Virus record (IMG/VR): IMGVR_UViG_2061766007_000699
DNA length: 64,000 nucleotides
Origin: an uncultured virus (IMG/VR IMGVR_UViG_2061766007_000699)
Taxonomy: Duplodnaviria > Heunggongvirae > Uroviricota > Caudoviricetes
Reading direction: 5' to 3' (one strand)
A program made the position numbers and the translations under genes. Under the pieces are notes generated by a model. It worked only from the letters and a program-made list of their open reading frames with translations, made no database searches and had not been told where the DNA came from. Position 1 is the stretch's first letter. Each line of letters begins with the position of its first letter. Of this stretch, positions 49,081-58,606 are shown piece after piece.

Positions 49081-49123
49081 TTTCAATTATTTATGTGGAA
49101 CTAGGTGTATGATTTCTCATTTT

Positions 49124-50191
49124 CTAAATCCTGAATGAAGACCACTTTCCATTACCGTCAAAGATGTTATCCAATTCGTTGCCTATCTTCTTGCACCCAA
49201 TGGATTTGCAATAACCGTCAATATCCCCGTCAGAAACCCTCACTACCAATTCCATCTTCCACACATCTCGCTTATCTTCTCGCCTGATAAGCACCTTGCA
49301 TGGGATTCCGTTCAAGTCAAACGATATGCCGTTTTTCACGGGTTTCTTGTTGGTTATCTTGAAGTCATCGCCAAATCCGTTGAACTTGTAGAGATACAGT
49401 TTTTCGTTGGAGCGTATACAGAATATGTAGTTCTTCCTGAAAGAGTTTTTGATGAAGTTGGTCAGATACTTTCCGTTGTTCATCAATCGCATGAACTCAG
49501 ACCTGTCATCGGTGTATCGGAGATTGTAGTTCGCTATTCTGACGGTCTTCTCCGTAAACTCTTTCATGGATACGCAATACACCCTGTTGTCCAAGATTAC
49601 AGTCGCATCGGAAACCGTGTTGACCAATAGATTGCCTAACTCTTCCTTGTTCAGATTGGATAACAGGTCTTCCTTGAACAGCACTTCAGGAGACGATTTT
49701 TTGTCTCGCTTGTAGTATTCCAAGATGGAGCCGTATTTGCTTCCACAGGTGATTGCGCCTTTCTTTGCTCCTAGCTCCTTCAACACCTTGTTCTCAAACT
49801 CTCTAGCTCTGTAGAACGAATTGGATGTTGACCTAAAGGTGATGATGATGTGATTGGAGTCCTTTTCAAAATAGACATGCCCCATGCTAGACATGTCCAC
49901 TCTTCCTTTGCTCAATCGTCTCTCAACGCCTTCCGTGGTCAGATAGGAACTGTTTGCGAATGCTCCTGACCTTGACAGCTTTCTCAGCAACTTAGACCTG
50001 TATGAGCCCAAGTCTATGCTATCGTCTACGGAAACTCTTATCTGATGGATTGGCTTTATCCCTTTCCTGTTCAGATAAGACGATTGGTATTGGATGGAAT
50101 CATAGGAAACTTGATTGCCTTCCAAGAAAGCAATCAATTTCCGTTGGATTGAAAACAATAGCTTATCAGTCTTTGATATTTCTGAATACAC
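49124..50191 (-). CDS. hypothetical protein, possible PD-(D/E)XK nuclease
   Basis: AREFE...VSDATV...VSMK pattern; weak. Confidence 0.5.
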   Translation of the reverse strand: MYSEISKTDKLLFSIQRKLIAFLEGNQVSYDSIQYQSSYLNRKGIKPIHQIRVSVDDSIDLGSYRSKLLRKLSRSGAFANSSYLTTEGVERRLSKGRVDMSSMGHVYFEKDSNHIIITFRSTSNSFYRAREFENKVLKELGAKKGAITCGSKYGSILEYYKRDKKSSPEVLFKEDLLSNLNKEELGNLLVNTVSDATVILDNRVYCVSMKEFTEKTVRIANYNLRYTDDRSEFMRLMNNGKYLTNFIKNSFRKNYIFCIRSNEKLYLYKFNGFGDDFKITNKKPVKNGISFDLNGIPCKVLIRREDKRDVWKMELVVRVSDGDIDGYCKSIGCKKIGNELDNIFDGNGKWSSFRI

Positions 50192-50213
50192 CGATACCTT
50201 CTAGAAATCGTTT

Positions 50214-51182
50214 TTAGTCATCAAACCCCTTCATCTTGCGAATCCTAGCGGAGCGGAGACGATTTCTAGTCATCTGTTTCAGTTTGGGGTCTCGCTTGCG
50301 CTGAGCTCTCTTCTGCTGTTTCTTGCGGTCAATGATTTCCTGTGTGGTCATCTTCACTTCTCTAGCATGACCTTCATTGTCAACGGAAACCTTGTAGCCG
50401 TCATCAGCTCTGTCAGTTTTATACTTGATTTTGGTTTTGCCGTCTCTGATGACCCGTTCCTTGTGTAGCCGTTCAAAGAGATGGTGCATTCGTTGGTGTC
50501 TTCGGCATTCACGAATCAATCTAAAACTGTTTCGTCTGCGTTCAACAACATCTTCGCTAATCAGAGGCTCTTTCCGCTGTCTCCAAGAGAGGTCTAGTTT
50601 CTTGCTTAGGATGTTCTTAGACCCTTCGTCTTCTTCGGATTTTTCAGATTCTTCTTCACCGCCTTCTTCACCTTCTTCTGTATCGGCAGTTTCTTCTGCT
50701 GTTTCTTCTGAGCCTTCTTCAGGGGCGGAATCTTCAGGAGTGGTTTCGTTTTGAGATTCAGGCTGTTCTTCGGTCTGCTGTTCTTCGGCCTCTTCGGATT
50801 CCTCTTCTTCGTCTTTGCCTGAGATGGCCTTCCTGATTTTCTTAATCATCTTCTCCAATTTCTTGTCAGACTTGTCTAGCTTGTCAACTTTCTTCTCTAG
50901 CTTTTCCTTTTCGTATTCCGCTTCATTGGCTTTCACGGCCATCTTCTTTGCCGCATAGTCCGCTTCCATTCCACGATATTCGGCCCCGTGCAACTGAGCC
51001 ATCAATCTATCGTTGGGCTCGTTTCTCTGTTTATCGTTGACATAGGTGAACTCTGTATCGTCTTCAGGCTCTGACATACCGTCTTCGTGATTGAGACCTA
51101 GCTTGGAACGGATGTAGCTAATCTTCTCTTCTTTGTCATGAAGCACATCCTTGCGCTCTCTGATATATTCTTTGTAATTCAT
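50214..51182 (-). CDS. prohead core-like protein (gp68-like basic C-terminus)
   Basis: N-terminal MNYKEYIRE, acidic middle, basic C-terminus; CTAAATA at 51213. Confidence 0.55.
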   Translation of the reverse strand: MNYKEYIRERKDVLHDKEEKISYIRSKLGLNHEDGMSEPEDDTEFTYVNDKQRNEPNDRLMAQLHGAEYRGMEADYAAKKMAVKANEAEYEKEKLEKKVDKLDKSDKKLEKMIKKIRKAISGKDEEEESEEAEEQQTEEQPESQNETTPEDSAPEEGSEETAEETADTEEGEEGGEEESEKSEEDEGSKNILSKKLDLSWRQRKEPLISEDVVERRRNSFRLIRECRRHQRMHHLFERLHKERVIRDGKTKIKYKTDRADDGYKVSVDNEGHAREVKMTTQEIIDRKKQQKRAQRKRDPKLKQMTRNRLRSARIRKMKGFDD

Positions 51183-51211
51183 GTGAAACTACCTCTTTAA
51201 ATTTCCTATAC

Positions 51212-51382
51212 CTATTTAGCTTGGTTATCCATCTCTTTGAGCCATTCTGTCAATTTGTTCCAAGCGTAGAAGTATTGGTCATTGAGACTTGAGCCCTCCG
51301 AATTATCGTCCTCGGAAATTGCTGTCTCTGTTTCCAATATCTCGCCCATTTTCATCAGCACTTCATCGGAAAACAACTGCAT
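51212..51382 (-). CDS. small hypothetical protein
   Basis: GAGGTG SD before MQLFSDE. Confidence 0.55.
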   Translation of the reverse strand: MQLFSDEVLMKMGEILETETAISEDDNSEGSSLNDQYFYAWNKLTEWLKEMDNQAK

Positions 51383-51440
51383 ATTACACCTCAATCTAAT
51401 AAAATTTCCTTGCCCCAAAAGACGATTTGAGATAAGACTT

Positions 51441-51866
51441 TCAAATCATATCCTCCAAAACATTCAGCGTATTTTTCAGGTTATCTAGCGCATTCACCTT
51501 AATCTTGTGCTTGATTTCGTAATTGTGATTGTGCGGTATCACATCTATGAAAACATTGTGAGGGGTTATGTCCTCCTCATACGCATCCAACAGGCCCCAT
51601 GATTTCAGACAGAATACGATAGACTTCTTTCTCGTGTAGTCCTCTTCGGTCATGTTGTTGTAGAAGTCTTTTCGGTTTATCAGGCGGAATATCTCTTTGA
51701 AATGGAATACAAACCATCGCCCTTCGTCTTCCATCAGATAGCAAGATGGATACATGACGGGCTTGTTCTTTGAAAGGACACCCATTCTAGTCAAGGTCTC
51801 TTTGATGACATTGACATCCACTTTGGGGAAAACCTCTAGAGGGTTTTCAAAGAACTCTGCAATCAT
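51441..51866 (-). CDS. regA: translational repressor RegA
   Basis: IKETLTRMGV...YPSCYL...FHFKE...LKSWGL. Confidence 0.85.
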   Translation of the reverse strand: MIAEFFENPLEVFPKVDVNVIKETLTRMGVLSKNKPVMYPSCYLMEDEGRWFVFHFKEIFRLINRKDFYNNMTEEDYTRKKSIVFCLKSWGLLDAYEEDITPHNVFIDVIPHNHNYEIKHKIKVNALDNLKNTLNVLEDMI

Positions 51867-51872
51867 CGTTCG

Positions 51873-52493
51873 CTAGGGATTGACCTGAATCGTAGTCCCA
51901 AATTCGTCTTCGTTTTCGTCTGTCAGCGGCTGTCCGTTTTCGTCAAACATGATGACGAAGAAGTCCTCGTAGACGAAAGAAACGGCAAAAGTCAGCTGAG
52001 AGGAATTGCCTGATTGAAGTTGCAAAGTCCCTGTTGAAACGGGAAACAAATTTTTGAACTTGAGCCGTGAAGCGATTTTGCCTATGTTATCGTAACAGTC
52101 CACATTCAGATACTTGATGACATTCTTGTAGTATGGAGTGTCTATCGGAGCCAATCCTGTTCTCATCTGTCTGATGTAGGAGTAAATCAGGAAGAACCCC
52201 AAAAGATTTTTGTCTGCCACAAACTCTATAGTCATGTTGGCCAAGTTATCGTTGCCTCGCTGATTGCCCATCTGTTTCTGAACTCTGTTCAGCAAGTTGA
52301 CTTCCATCGTGTCCAACGATTGTTCAGGGATAGTGATGTTCTTAACATAGTAGTCAAAAACCCTCATGTCCAACGGCTGATTTAGACCCAATCTATCCAT
52401 CGTTTCCTTGATTACAGGAAAATTGGAAAAATTAGCTCTAAAGTTGTCAGCATGAAAAGCATTAATGACATCTGTGGTGAGCTGAAGTTGCAT
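51873..52493 (-). CDS. tail-tube-fold protein (gp3/gp19-like)
   Basis: VKNITIPE, IEFVADKNL, FKNLFPVSTG.L...VSFVYEDF; CTAAATA at 52522. Confidence 0.65.
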   Translation of the reverse strand: MQLQLTTDVINAFHADNFRANFSNFPVIKETMDRLGLNQPLDMRVFDYYVKNITIPEQSLDTMEVNLLNRVQKQMGNQRGNDNLANMTIEFVADKNLLGFFLIYSYIRQMRTGLAPIDTPYYKNVIKYLNVDCYDNIGKIASRLKFKNLFPVSTGTLQLQSGNSSQLTFAVSFVYEDFFVIMFDENGQPLTDENEDEFGTTIQVNP

Positions 52494-52551
52494 AACTATC
52501 TCTCGTATTGAATGTTTGTATTATTTAGCACCACTAATTCTTTGTTAAAGG

Positions 52552-52575
52552 AAAACCCGCCTTTTGAGGGGCGGG
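52552..52575 (-). terminator. intrinsic terminator
   Basis: cccgcc-ttttgagg-ggcggg with U-tract on the minus strand. Confidence 0.6.
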
Positions 52576-52687
52576 ATTGTGAGTATTGATTTCTTATGGG
52601 AATCATATCGCTAGTTCCATCAGATAAAGGACTAAATTGCAGACGGCGGATTGGTTTCCAACTAGCGATATAATTCCCTATTTTACC

Positions 52688-53839
52688 CTAGTATACTTCC
52701 TTAATCTTGCCGTCTTCAATGAAAATGCCATGTCCGTCGGGTTCTGCTAAATCATCGCCACACCAATAGACTTCAAGGTCACCAAATAAAATCAGTTCAT
52801 CTATGGATTCAATTTTCTTGACAATGGCATCTAGAGAAAAATCTATTTCCCATCTGTGTTCAACTGTATCGTAGTCAGTCGTTCCATATCCGTTTCTAAT
52901 ATCGTATCCATTGGGAGGATACTTTTGGTTTTCTGAATCGTTCTTCACATTTTCCACTAGCTGTTTCCATGCGGCTTCAAGTTCTTTGTAGGTGAACTTC
53001 TGCATGCCTACGCTCCCCTTGTCTTCCTTGAGCATACGGCCACGGGGTCTGCGGCCTTCACGAATCATGCGACCTCTGTGGAGACGAGAGCGCATAACGG
53101 ATTCTCTCATACCGTCATCTTCTTCTCTCTCATAATCGGCTTTGGCTCTTAGTTCCTCAATAGCATCTTCTTCGTCAATTTCATCATAGTCTCCCCAATT
53201 ACCTTCTATGCCATCAATAACGGAATCGCCATCGTCAATGAAACCACCGAGAGTATCATTTTCGCTTTCATCTTCGGACTCAACTAGACTTTCTTCGTCT
53301 GTGTCTAGTTCCATCTTTTCAATGTTATAATAACACGAGCCGTATTCCATATAGTGCTGAATAGTCTTAACAAGAGAACTTATAGAATCTTCATCACAGA
53401 AAGCAATAGCATTTCCATTAAACACACTAAAATCAATGTATTCGTCATTCCTAATATCGTTGACAACATCTTCATACTCTGAGTCAGTCAAATCTACTTC
53501 ATCATAGTTAATCCAAGGCTGAGTTGTTTCCACATTCCAATCTATTGTGTAAAGTTTCTTATTGGAGGAATCGGACTCTAGGGCTGTCCGAACAACATCT
53601 TCCACATTGGAGTTATCAAACATACTTGCCAATGTGCTTCCATCGTCTCTCAAAATCGCACAAGGAATCCAATCTTTGTATATTTCTCCAATAATATCTT
53701 CCAATTCTGCATCGTCCTGATTTATCTCAACTTTGTAAATCCCATAGTCAGGGTCTTTCCTTTTGATGTAGAAAGTATCCCCTGAATAGTGGTCAGGATT
53801 ATTGCTTTCGTTCATCATTCTCTTTCCAAATCTACGCAT
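52688..53839 (-). CDS. multi-module acidic protein with RGRMLKE linkers (putative head internal polyprotein)
   Basis: MRRFGKRMMNES leader; MRESVMRSRLHRGRMIREGRRPRGRMLKED linker; conserved leader at 53840. Confidence 0.75.
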   Translation of the reverse strand: MRRFGKRMMNESNNPDHYSGDTFYIKRKDPDYGIYKVEINQDDAELEDIIGEIYKDWIPCAILRDDGSTLASMFDNSNVEDVVRTALESDSSNKKLYTIDWNVETTQPWINYDEVDLTDSEYEDVVNDIRNDEYIDFSVFNGNAIAFCDEDSISSLVKTIQHYMEYGSCYYNIEKMELDTDEESLVESEDESENDTLGGFIDDGDSVIDGIEGNWGDYDEIDEEDAIEELRAKADYEREEDDGMRESVMRSRLHRGRMIREGRRPRGRMLKEDKGSVGMQKFTYKELEAAWKQLVENVKNDSENQKYPPNGYDIRNGYGTTDYDTVEHRWEIDFSLDAIVKKIESIDELILFGDLEVYWCGDDLAEPDGHGIFIEDGKIKEVY

Positions 53840-53886
53840 ATCTCAATCCTTTTTTGAGCGACATTGCTCTTTGGTTTCTGTTTAAT

Positions 53887-54081
53887 TTAGCTCTCGCTAC
53901 CTCGCCACCATGTGAAACACAATNNNNNNNNNNCAATATCTTCCAATTCTGAATCGTCATGATTTATTTCAACTCTATAAATCCCATAGTCAGGGTCTTT
54001 CCTTTTGATGTAGAAAGTATCCCCTGAATAGTGGTAAGGATTATTGCTTTCGTTCATCATTCTCTTTCCAAATCTACGCAT
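53887..54081 (-). CDS. partial paralogue of 52688-53839, truncated by an N-gap
   Basis: first ~49 aa nearly identical with a few substitutions; has its own variant leader. Confidence 0.45.
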   Translation of the reverse strand: MRRFGKRMMNESNNPYHYSGDTFYIKRKDPDYGIYRVEINHDDSELEDIXXXXLCFTWWRGSES

Positions 54082-54142
54082 ACTTCAATCCTTTTTTTTG
54101 AGCAACAATGCCCAAATGGTTATACCTGTTTCTATTTAGTCA

Positions 54143-54931
54143 TCACCAATTCAAACCGAAAGGGTCATCAACGCTTTTGTCTTTCGGGTCATAGGGCTCA
54201 TACAAGACCTTCTTCTTCTCTTCGTCAATCGTCTCATTCTGCTTGAGAGTGTCAGAGCCATTGTCCAAGTAGTCCTTTATGGATGTCAGTTCAGGCGGAG
54301 GACATTCAACTATGCCGTTCACACCGTCCAAGGTCTGCTTGATTTCCTCGTTCTTCACGCCAACTTCGCTCTTGTATTTGATGAGACCGTTTTCCCAAGG
54401 TTTCAGCGTGATTTCCCAAGAGTGTTGCGTATTCAGGAACTGAGAGTTTGTTCCTAGAACGGACACCACTTCGTAAAACAAACCGTCTAGTTGAGTCCTA
54501 ACTATGTCCCCTTGCATTGGCTTGTAGTCTCTTCCGTAGTATTTCTTGGAATAGCTAGCAAAAGCCATTTGACCGATATAAGCCTTGAAATTGTCTGTCC
54601 CTTCTATACCAAATTGCGTGTAATTTCTGCTATCAGGGGGCGACTCAAAATAAAGTTTCAGCGGAAAGTTGGCCACTACATATCGGTCATTATCCTCACC
54701 AAATGTCCTTTCGTTTTCCAAAGAGTAGTCAACAACATACCAATCGCAACGGACACCGAAATTATCAAGGGCTTCCGAAGTCAATTTGGAAAACAGTTTC
54801 TTCTCGTTATCGTAACAGGGATTGTTTGTGTTAAACCAAGAGTTGACTGAATTGGCGCATTGCTTGAAAGTGGCGGTGAACGCTTCTTCTACCGCTACTT
54901 CAACTACCGCCTCGTTCAACTCTATTTCCAT
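54143..54931 (-). CDS. gp14: neck protein, gp14-like
   Basis: EALDNFG...FGED...QFGIE...PMQGDIV...FYEV; adjacent to gp13. Confidence 0.75.
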   Translation of the reverse strand: MEIELNEAVVEVAVEEAFTATFKQCANSVNSWFNTNNPCYDNEKKLFSKLTSEALDNFGVRCDWYVVDYSLENERTFGEDNDRYVVANFPLKLYFESPPDSRNYTQFGIEGTDNFKAYIGQMAFASYSKKYYGRDYKPMQGDIVRTQLDGLFYEVVSVLGTNSQFLNTQHSWEITLKPWENGLIKYKSEVGVKNEEIKQTLDGVNGIVECPPPELTSIKDYLDNGSDTLKQNETIDEEKKKVLYEPYDPKDKSVDDPFGLNW

Positions 54932-54934
54932 TCA

Positions 54935-55816
54935 CTAGCCTACCCAAAACTGAGGACAATCGCCTTCTTTCTTCAGGGATTCCAAAGCGGCATCTCTTAA
55001 TTTTTCGCCATTCTGATAAATGGTATCCCCATTAACCGTGCCCCCGCCTGACATCTGAATTTGGAACTTGGAAATATTAAGTCCCCATTGCATCATCGCC
55101 ATGCCCTGTATCAGTTGCTTGACTAGAATGTGGTTCATTATATACTTCATGTCTTCCTTGCGCCACACCTTGAGCAGACCTATGGCATCGTATTTCGGCG
55201 TAGGGGTAATGGTCAAATTGTGGCTCAATTCGTTGAAGTCGGCCGTGAACATGGGGCTGAACTGATTGTGGACTTCCTTGAGGAAAGTCATGGCGGCATC
55301 GTAACCTACCAAAGCACCGTCAGAGCCACGAAGACCCGGTATATTCCCCTTCTTCACCCACGAATCAAAGAACAACATGTTTTCCGCTGAGTGAAGGATG
55401 TTGATACCGCTGAGAAGGGAAATGAGATTGAAGTCAATGGTATCGGTCAAGGCACACCATTCTTCCTCGCTGTATCGTCCTGTCTTTCCTTCAGGCCACA
55501 CCGCTTCAGGATGGTCTTCATACCATTGCGTGTCTTCGGAGCCGTCTTCCTTGGTCTTGATGACATACTTCATTTTGCCACGCATTAGCTTGAGTGGCAT
55601 GTAGTCCCTTACAACGGTTTCTCCATACAGGTATCTCGTGGCCAACTTGATGGCATCGCAAATGATGTCCACGAATTGTTCGTTCGCCACTTCCACGCAA
55701 ACAACGGGGCTACCAAGTTTTCTCTTGGTATACGCTATCATGTCCTCAATGGTGCAAATGTCCTTGCATTGCAAAGATATGCTACTTCCTGAATTTCCGT
55801 TACATCCGCAAGCCAT
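54935..55816 (-). CDS. gp13: neck protein, gp13-like
   Basis: RKLGSPVVCVEV, QWGLNISKF.IQMSGGGTVNG, terminal PQFWVG; start MACGC after CTAAATA at 55837. Confidence 0.85.
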   Translation of the reverse strand: MACGCNGNSGSSISLQCKDICTIEDMIAYTKRKLGSPVVCVEVANEQFVDIICDAIKLATRYLYGETVVRDYMPLKLMRGKMKYVIKTKEDGSEDTQWYEDHPEAVWPEGKTGRYSEEEWCALTDTIDFNLISLLSGINILHSAENMLFFDSWVKKGNIPGLRGSDGALVGYDAAMTFLKEVHNQFSPMFTADFNELSHNLTITPTPKYDAIGLLKVWRKEDMKYIMNHILVKQLIQGMAMMQWGLNISKFQIQMSGGGTVNGDTIYQNGEKLRDAALESLKKEGDCPQFWVG

Positions 55817-55844
55817 ACGCAATTCTCCTATATGGCTATTTAGA

Positions 55845-57443
55845 CTACCAAAGCCAACTATTAGGGTCATTGCTCGTGTCATAGCTAGTGAAAACCTTGC
55901 CCAATCCATCGTAATTGACCTGTGGCTTCTGTTCGGTTTCGGAGGATGTTTCGGCTGTCGCATTGGAATTTTCGTCTTCATAATAGGGGGTCTGAAGGAA
56001 ATACAGGGCCCACATCAAACTCGTAACCAAGTCATCGTGTGCGCCTTCCTGTGCCTTGAAGACATTGGGTCTGACCTCAACGAAAGTGGATATTTCGTTG
56101 ATGGTGTTGGTATCTCTGAGAATCAGATACCCTAGTTCAAACAGCCGTTTCATGTTCAGGCATGCGGCCACTTTTGACTTTGACGAAGAACGAATGCCCA
56201 ACTGATGTTTGATAAGGTTAACCAATCGGTCACATTCCAACTCATACCAAATGTAGTTGGCCACTTGTGCGCCAATATCGTTGTTTTCCAACATGATGTA
56301 GGCATCGTTATACATGTCCGATATTTCCTTGACTATCAGACCGAATGCCGTGTAGGAGACATCGTTGGCTCTGTAGACAGCCACTTGTTCAATGAAAGTT
56401 GGCGAATCTATCCTGAGCACCTGAACAACGGAATGGTCTCCTCCGTTCCCCGCCGCACTGTCCACGCCTAGGACATACTTTGCGCCTACCTGTGGCCGTT
56501 CAAAGATTTGCATGGCACCGTTGTATCTGAGCTCAATCGGCTCTTTGTAGTTGACCCCGTAACGCTCAATGTATTCAGGGGAGATGAGCAACTGAGAAGA
56601 GCCCAAGAAAGCGCATTCAAATTCCTGTCTGAAGCGAACGGGGCCAATGTCAGAAATCATCTTCTTCTTCCACTTCTCGTCTCGCCCCGGCACCTCCCAA
56701 TACGCAATCTTTATCGGAACGAAATCGTTTTCCTTTCTAGTCGCTTTCTGCCAAATGTCGTAAAACAAGTTCATCCCTAACGGAGTTGATGTGATGATGA
56801 TTCTAGAGGTTTTGCCTGACGAAACCGTGGGGTAAACGGAGGCGAAAAAATTGTCAGCGATATTCTGCGGAACGATTGCAAATTCGTCAAGGATGAGCCT
56901 GTCAATCGTGTAACCTCTGATGGAGCTCATTGAAGTGGCCCCCGTGATTACCTTGCACCCATTCTCCAATTCTATCTTGCTAGCAGTCCATCCAAGAGCC
57001 GTAATTCCCTGTTGAAGGAATTTCGGCAATCTCTCGTATTTCATCTTGAGAGAGGATAGGATTTCCAAGGCCAACTTTTCTCTGTTGGCTAGAATGGCTA
57101 CGGTCTTTTCCTTGTGGAACAGGATGTAGTGAAGAACATAAATGCTCATGCTCTCCGTTTTGCCTGACTGTCTAGAGCTCATGATGATACGGTGTCTGCG
57201 CTCTTCCTGTTCATCGTAAAGCGACTTGAACAGCGACTTCTGATATTCACGCAACTTGACTAGAACAACGCCATCGTCAATCGTGTTTATCCAACAGTAA
57301 TGCTCAGCGAAATAGATGATGTCTTCCGCACATCTAATCCATTCGTTCAGCTTCGTTCTTCTGCCTTCGGGGGTGTCAATGACCTCGCTGTAGTCAACGG
57401 GCTCACCAATTCTTCTAAGGCCGTCATTCCATGTCAAAGACAT
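55845..57443 (-). CDS. gp17: terminase large subunit, gp17-like
   Basis: LREYQ, Walker A SRQSGKT, Walker B LILDEFA, STPLG, RQEFEC, GVDSA, HDDLV. Confidence 0.95.
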   Translation of the reverse strand: MSLTWNDGLRRIGEPVDYSEVIDTPEGRRTKLNEWIRCAEDIIYFAEHYCWINTIDDGVVLVKLREYQKSLFKSLYDEQEERRHRIIMSSRQSGKTESMSIYVLHYILFHKEKTVAILANREKLALEILSSLKMKYERLPKFLQQGITALGWTASKIELENGCKVITGATSMSSIRGYTIDRLILDEFAIVPQNIADNFFASVYPTVSSGKTSRIIITSTPLGMNLFYDIWQKATRKENDFVPIKIAYWEVPGRDEKWKKKMISDIGPVRFRQEFECAFLGSSQLLISPEYIERYGVNYKEPIELRYNGAMQIFERPQVGAKYVLGVDSAAGNGGDHSVVQVLRIDSPTFIEQVAVYRANDVSYTAFGLIVKEISDMYNDAYIMLENNDIGAQVANYIWYELECDRLVNLIKHQLGIRSSSKSKVAACLNMKRLFELGYLILRDTNTINEISTFVEVRPNVFKAQEGAHDDLVTSLMWALYFLQTPYYEDENSNATAETSSETEQKPQVNYDGLGKVFTSYDTSNDPNSWLW

Positions 57444-57578
57444 TGCGGTGTTTCCTCAAGGAATCGTGTTTTTTGTTGGGTATCACTTTTTGTGAAAACC
57501 GTCTGCCGTTATCAGTTTCTCTGACCCGCAACTTCCTTTGAAGGTCGGTTTCCTTGTAGTTTGGTTTGTTCATGACTA

Positions 57579-57905
57579 TTAATTCTTCGGCTCTTCCTTT
57601 GGGCCTTCCTCAGTAACCTTGTTGCCATCGTCAAAATCTTTGAGCGCATCATATTCCTTCACATCGGTAACAGGAGGTAGCTGTTCAACTGCGCCAACAG
57701 CATCAATGAAGGTCTTGGCGGCAACTTCAGCGGCTCTGTTGATGATGTCCTTTACCATGTCTTCGTCACCGTTGGTCTTGGTCTTCAGTTCTTCAAAGAC
57801 CTTTGACCCTGACTTCATTGCGAAATTGGCAATGAGGTCTGCGTAGGTAACGGAGGGGCATTCTTCCTTTTCCATGTTTTCGTTAAGATATTCTCTGAAG
57901 GTCAT
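57579..57905 (-). CDS. small protein with capsid-targeting-like N-terminus
   Basis: MTFREYLNE resembles the T4 internal-protein targeting peptide; CTAAATA at 57941. Confidence 0.6.
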   Translation of the reverse strand: MTFREYLNENMEKEECPSVTYADLIANFAMKSGSKVFEELKTKTNGDEDMVKDIINRAAEVAAKTFIDAVGAVEQLPPVTDVKEYDALKDFDDGNKVTEEGPKEEPKN

Positions 57906-57943
57906 TTTGTATTCCTCGTTTTTTTGTTTGTTTCCTGTAGTAT

Positions 57944-58255
57944 TTAGTATGGATTTCCGCCATCCATAAGAGCGTTGGCGATTTCAGCCTGACTCTTTCC
58001 ACGCTCCCAAAAGAACGGAGAGCTAGGGTCTCGCTTATACATCGTTTGGTCAATGTTTGTTCTACCCATGTTCCTTAAGCATTCTTTCTTGCACTTGGGG
58101 CACTTCACCGTCATCTTGGCTTCAGAAGTCTTGAATGTCTTGGTGAATACCCCGTGTTCCTCGCACAGGTATTCAAACTCATGTTCCGTTTCCACACCCT
58201 TCTGACTGACGATTTCAGCCGTTCCGTTCTTATAGCTGTAGATTGTCCTAGCCAT
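57944..58255 (-). CDS. FmdB-like zinc ribbon protein
   Basis: FEYLCEEHG...CPKCKK. Confidence 0.6.
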   Translation of the reverse strand: MARTIYSYKNGTAEIVSQKGVETEHEFEYLCEEHGVFTKTFKTSEAKMTVKCPKCKKECLRNMGRTNIDQTMYKRDPSSPFFWERGKSQAEIANALMDGGNPY

Positions 58256-58598
58256 TTTTCTTACCTCGCTTGACCATCATGTTCAAAATGTGCCCCGCTT
58301 TCTTGTTGAATCGTCTCCGTTCGGCCCTGTTTCTAGGAGCGGAGTATTTGGCCATTCCGTTCATTGCCAAATTCAAGTCCTTGTTGTATATGCAATCGCA
58401 TGGAATGGGCTCGCCCGTTTCCTTCACGGCAATGTATCCTCTCCCAAAGCATTTCTTGCATTCAGGGTCAGGGTCTTTCAGAATGATATGAGCCCGTTCA
58501 CATACGGCCCTTATCCTGTCCAAAGGCTCCATTGCGTTGAGCTCTTCTCTAGTCAGTTCCTTCTCTTCTTCGTAATACTTGTATGGCTGTTCTTCCAT
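58248..58598 (-). CDS. zinc-binding hypothetical protein
   Basis: CKKCFGRG...PCDC, NRAERR. Confidence 0.6.
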   Translation of the reverse strand: MEEQPYKYYEEEKELTREELNAMEPLDRIRAVCERAHIILKDPDPECKKCFGRGYIAVKETGEPIPCDCIYNKDLNLAMNGMAKYSAPRNRAERRRFNKKAGHILNMMVKRGKKNG

Positions 58599-58606
58599 TG
58601 TTTCTC

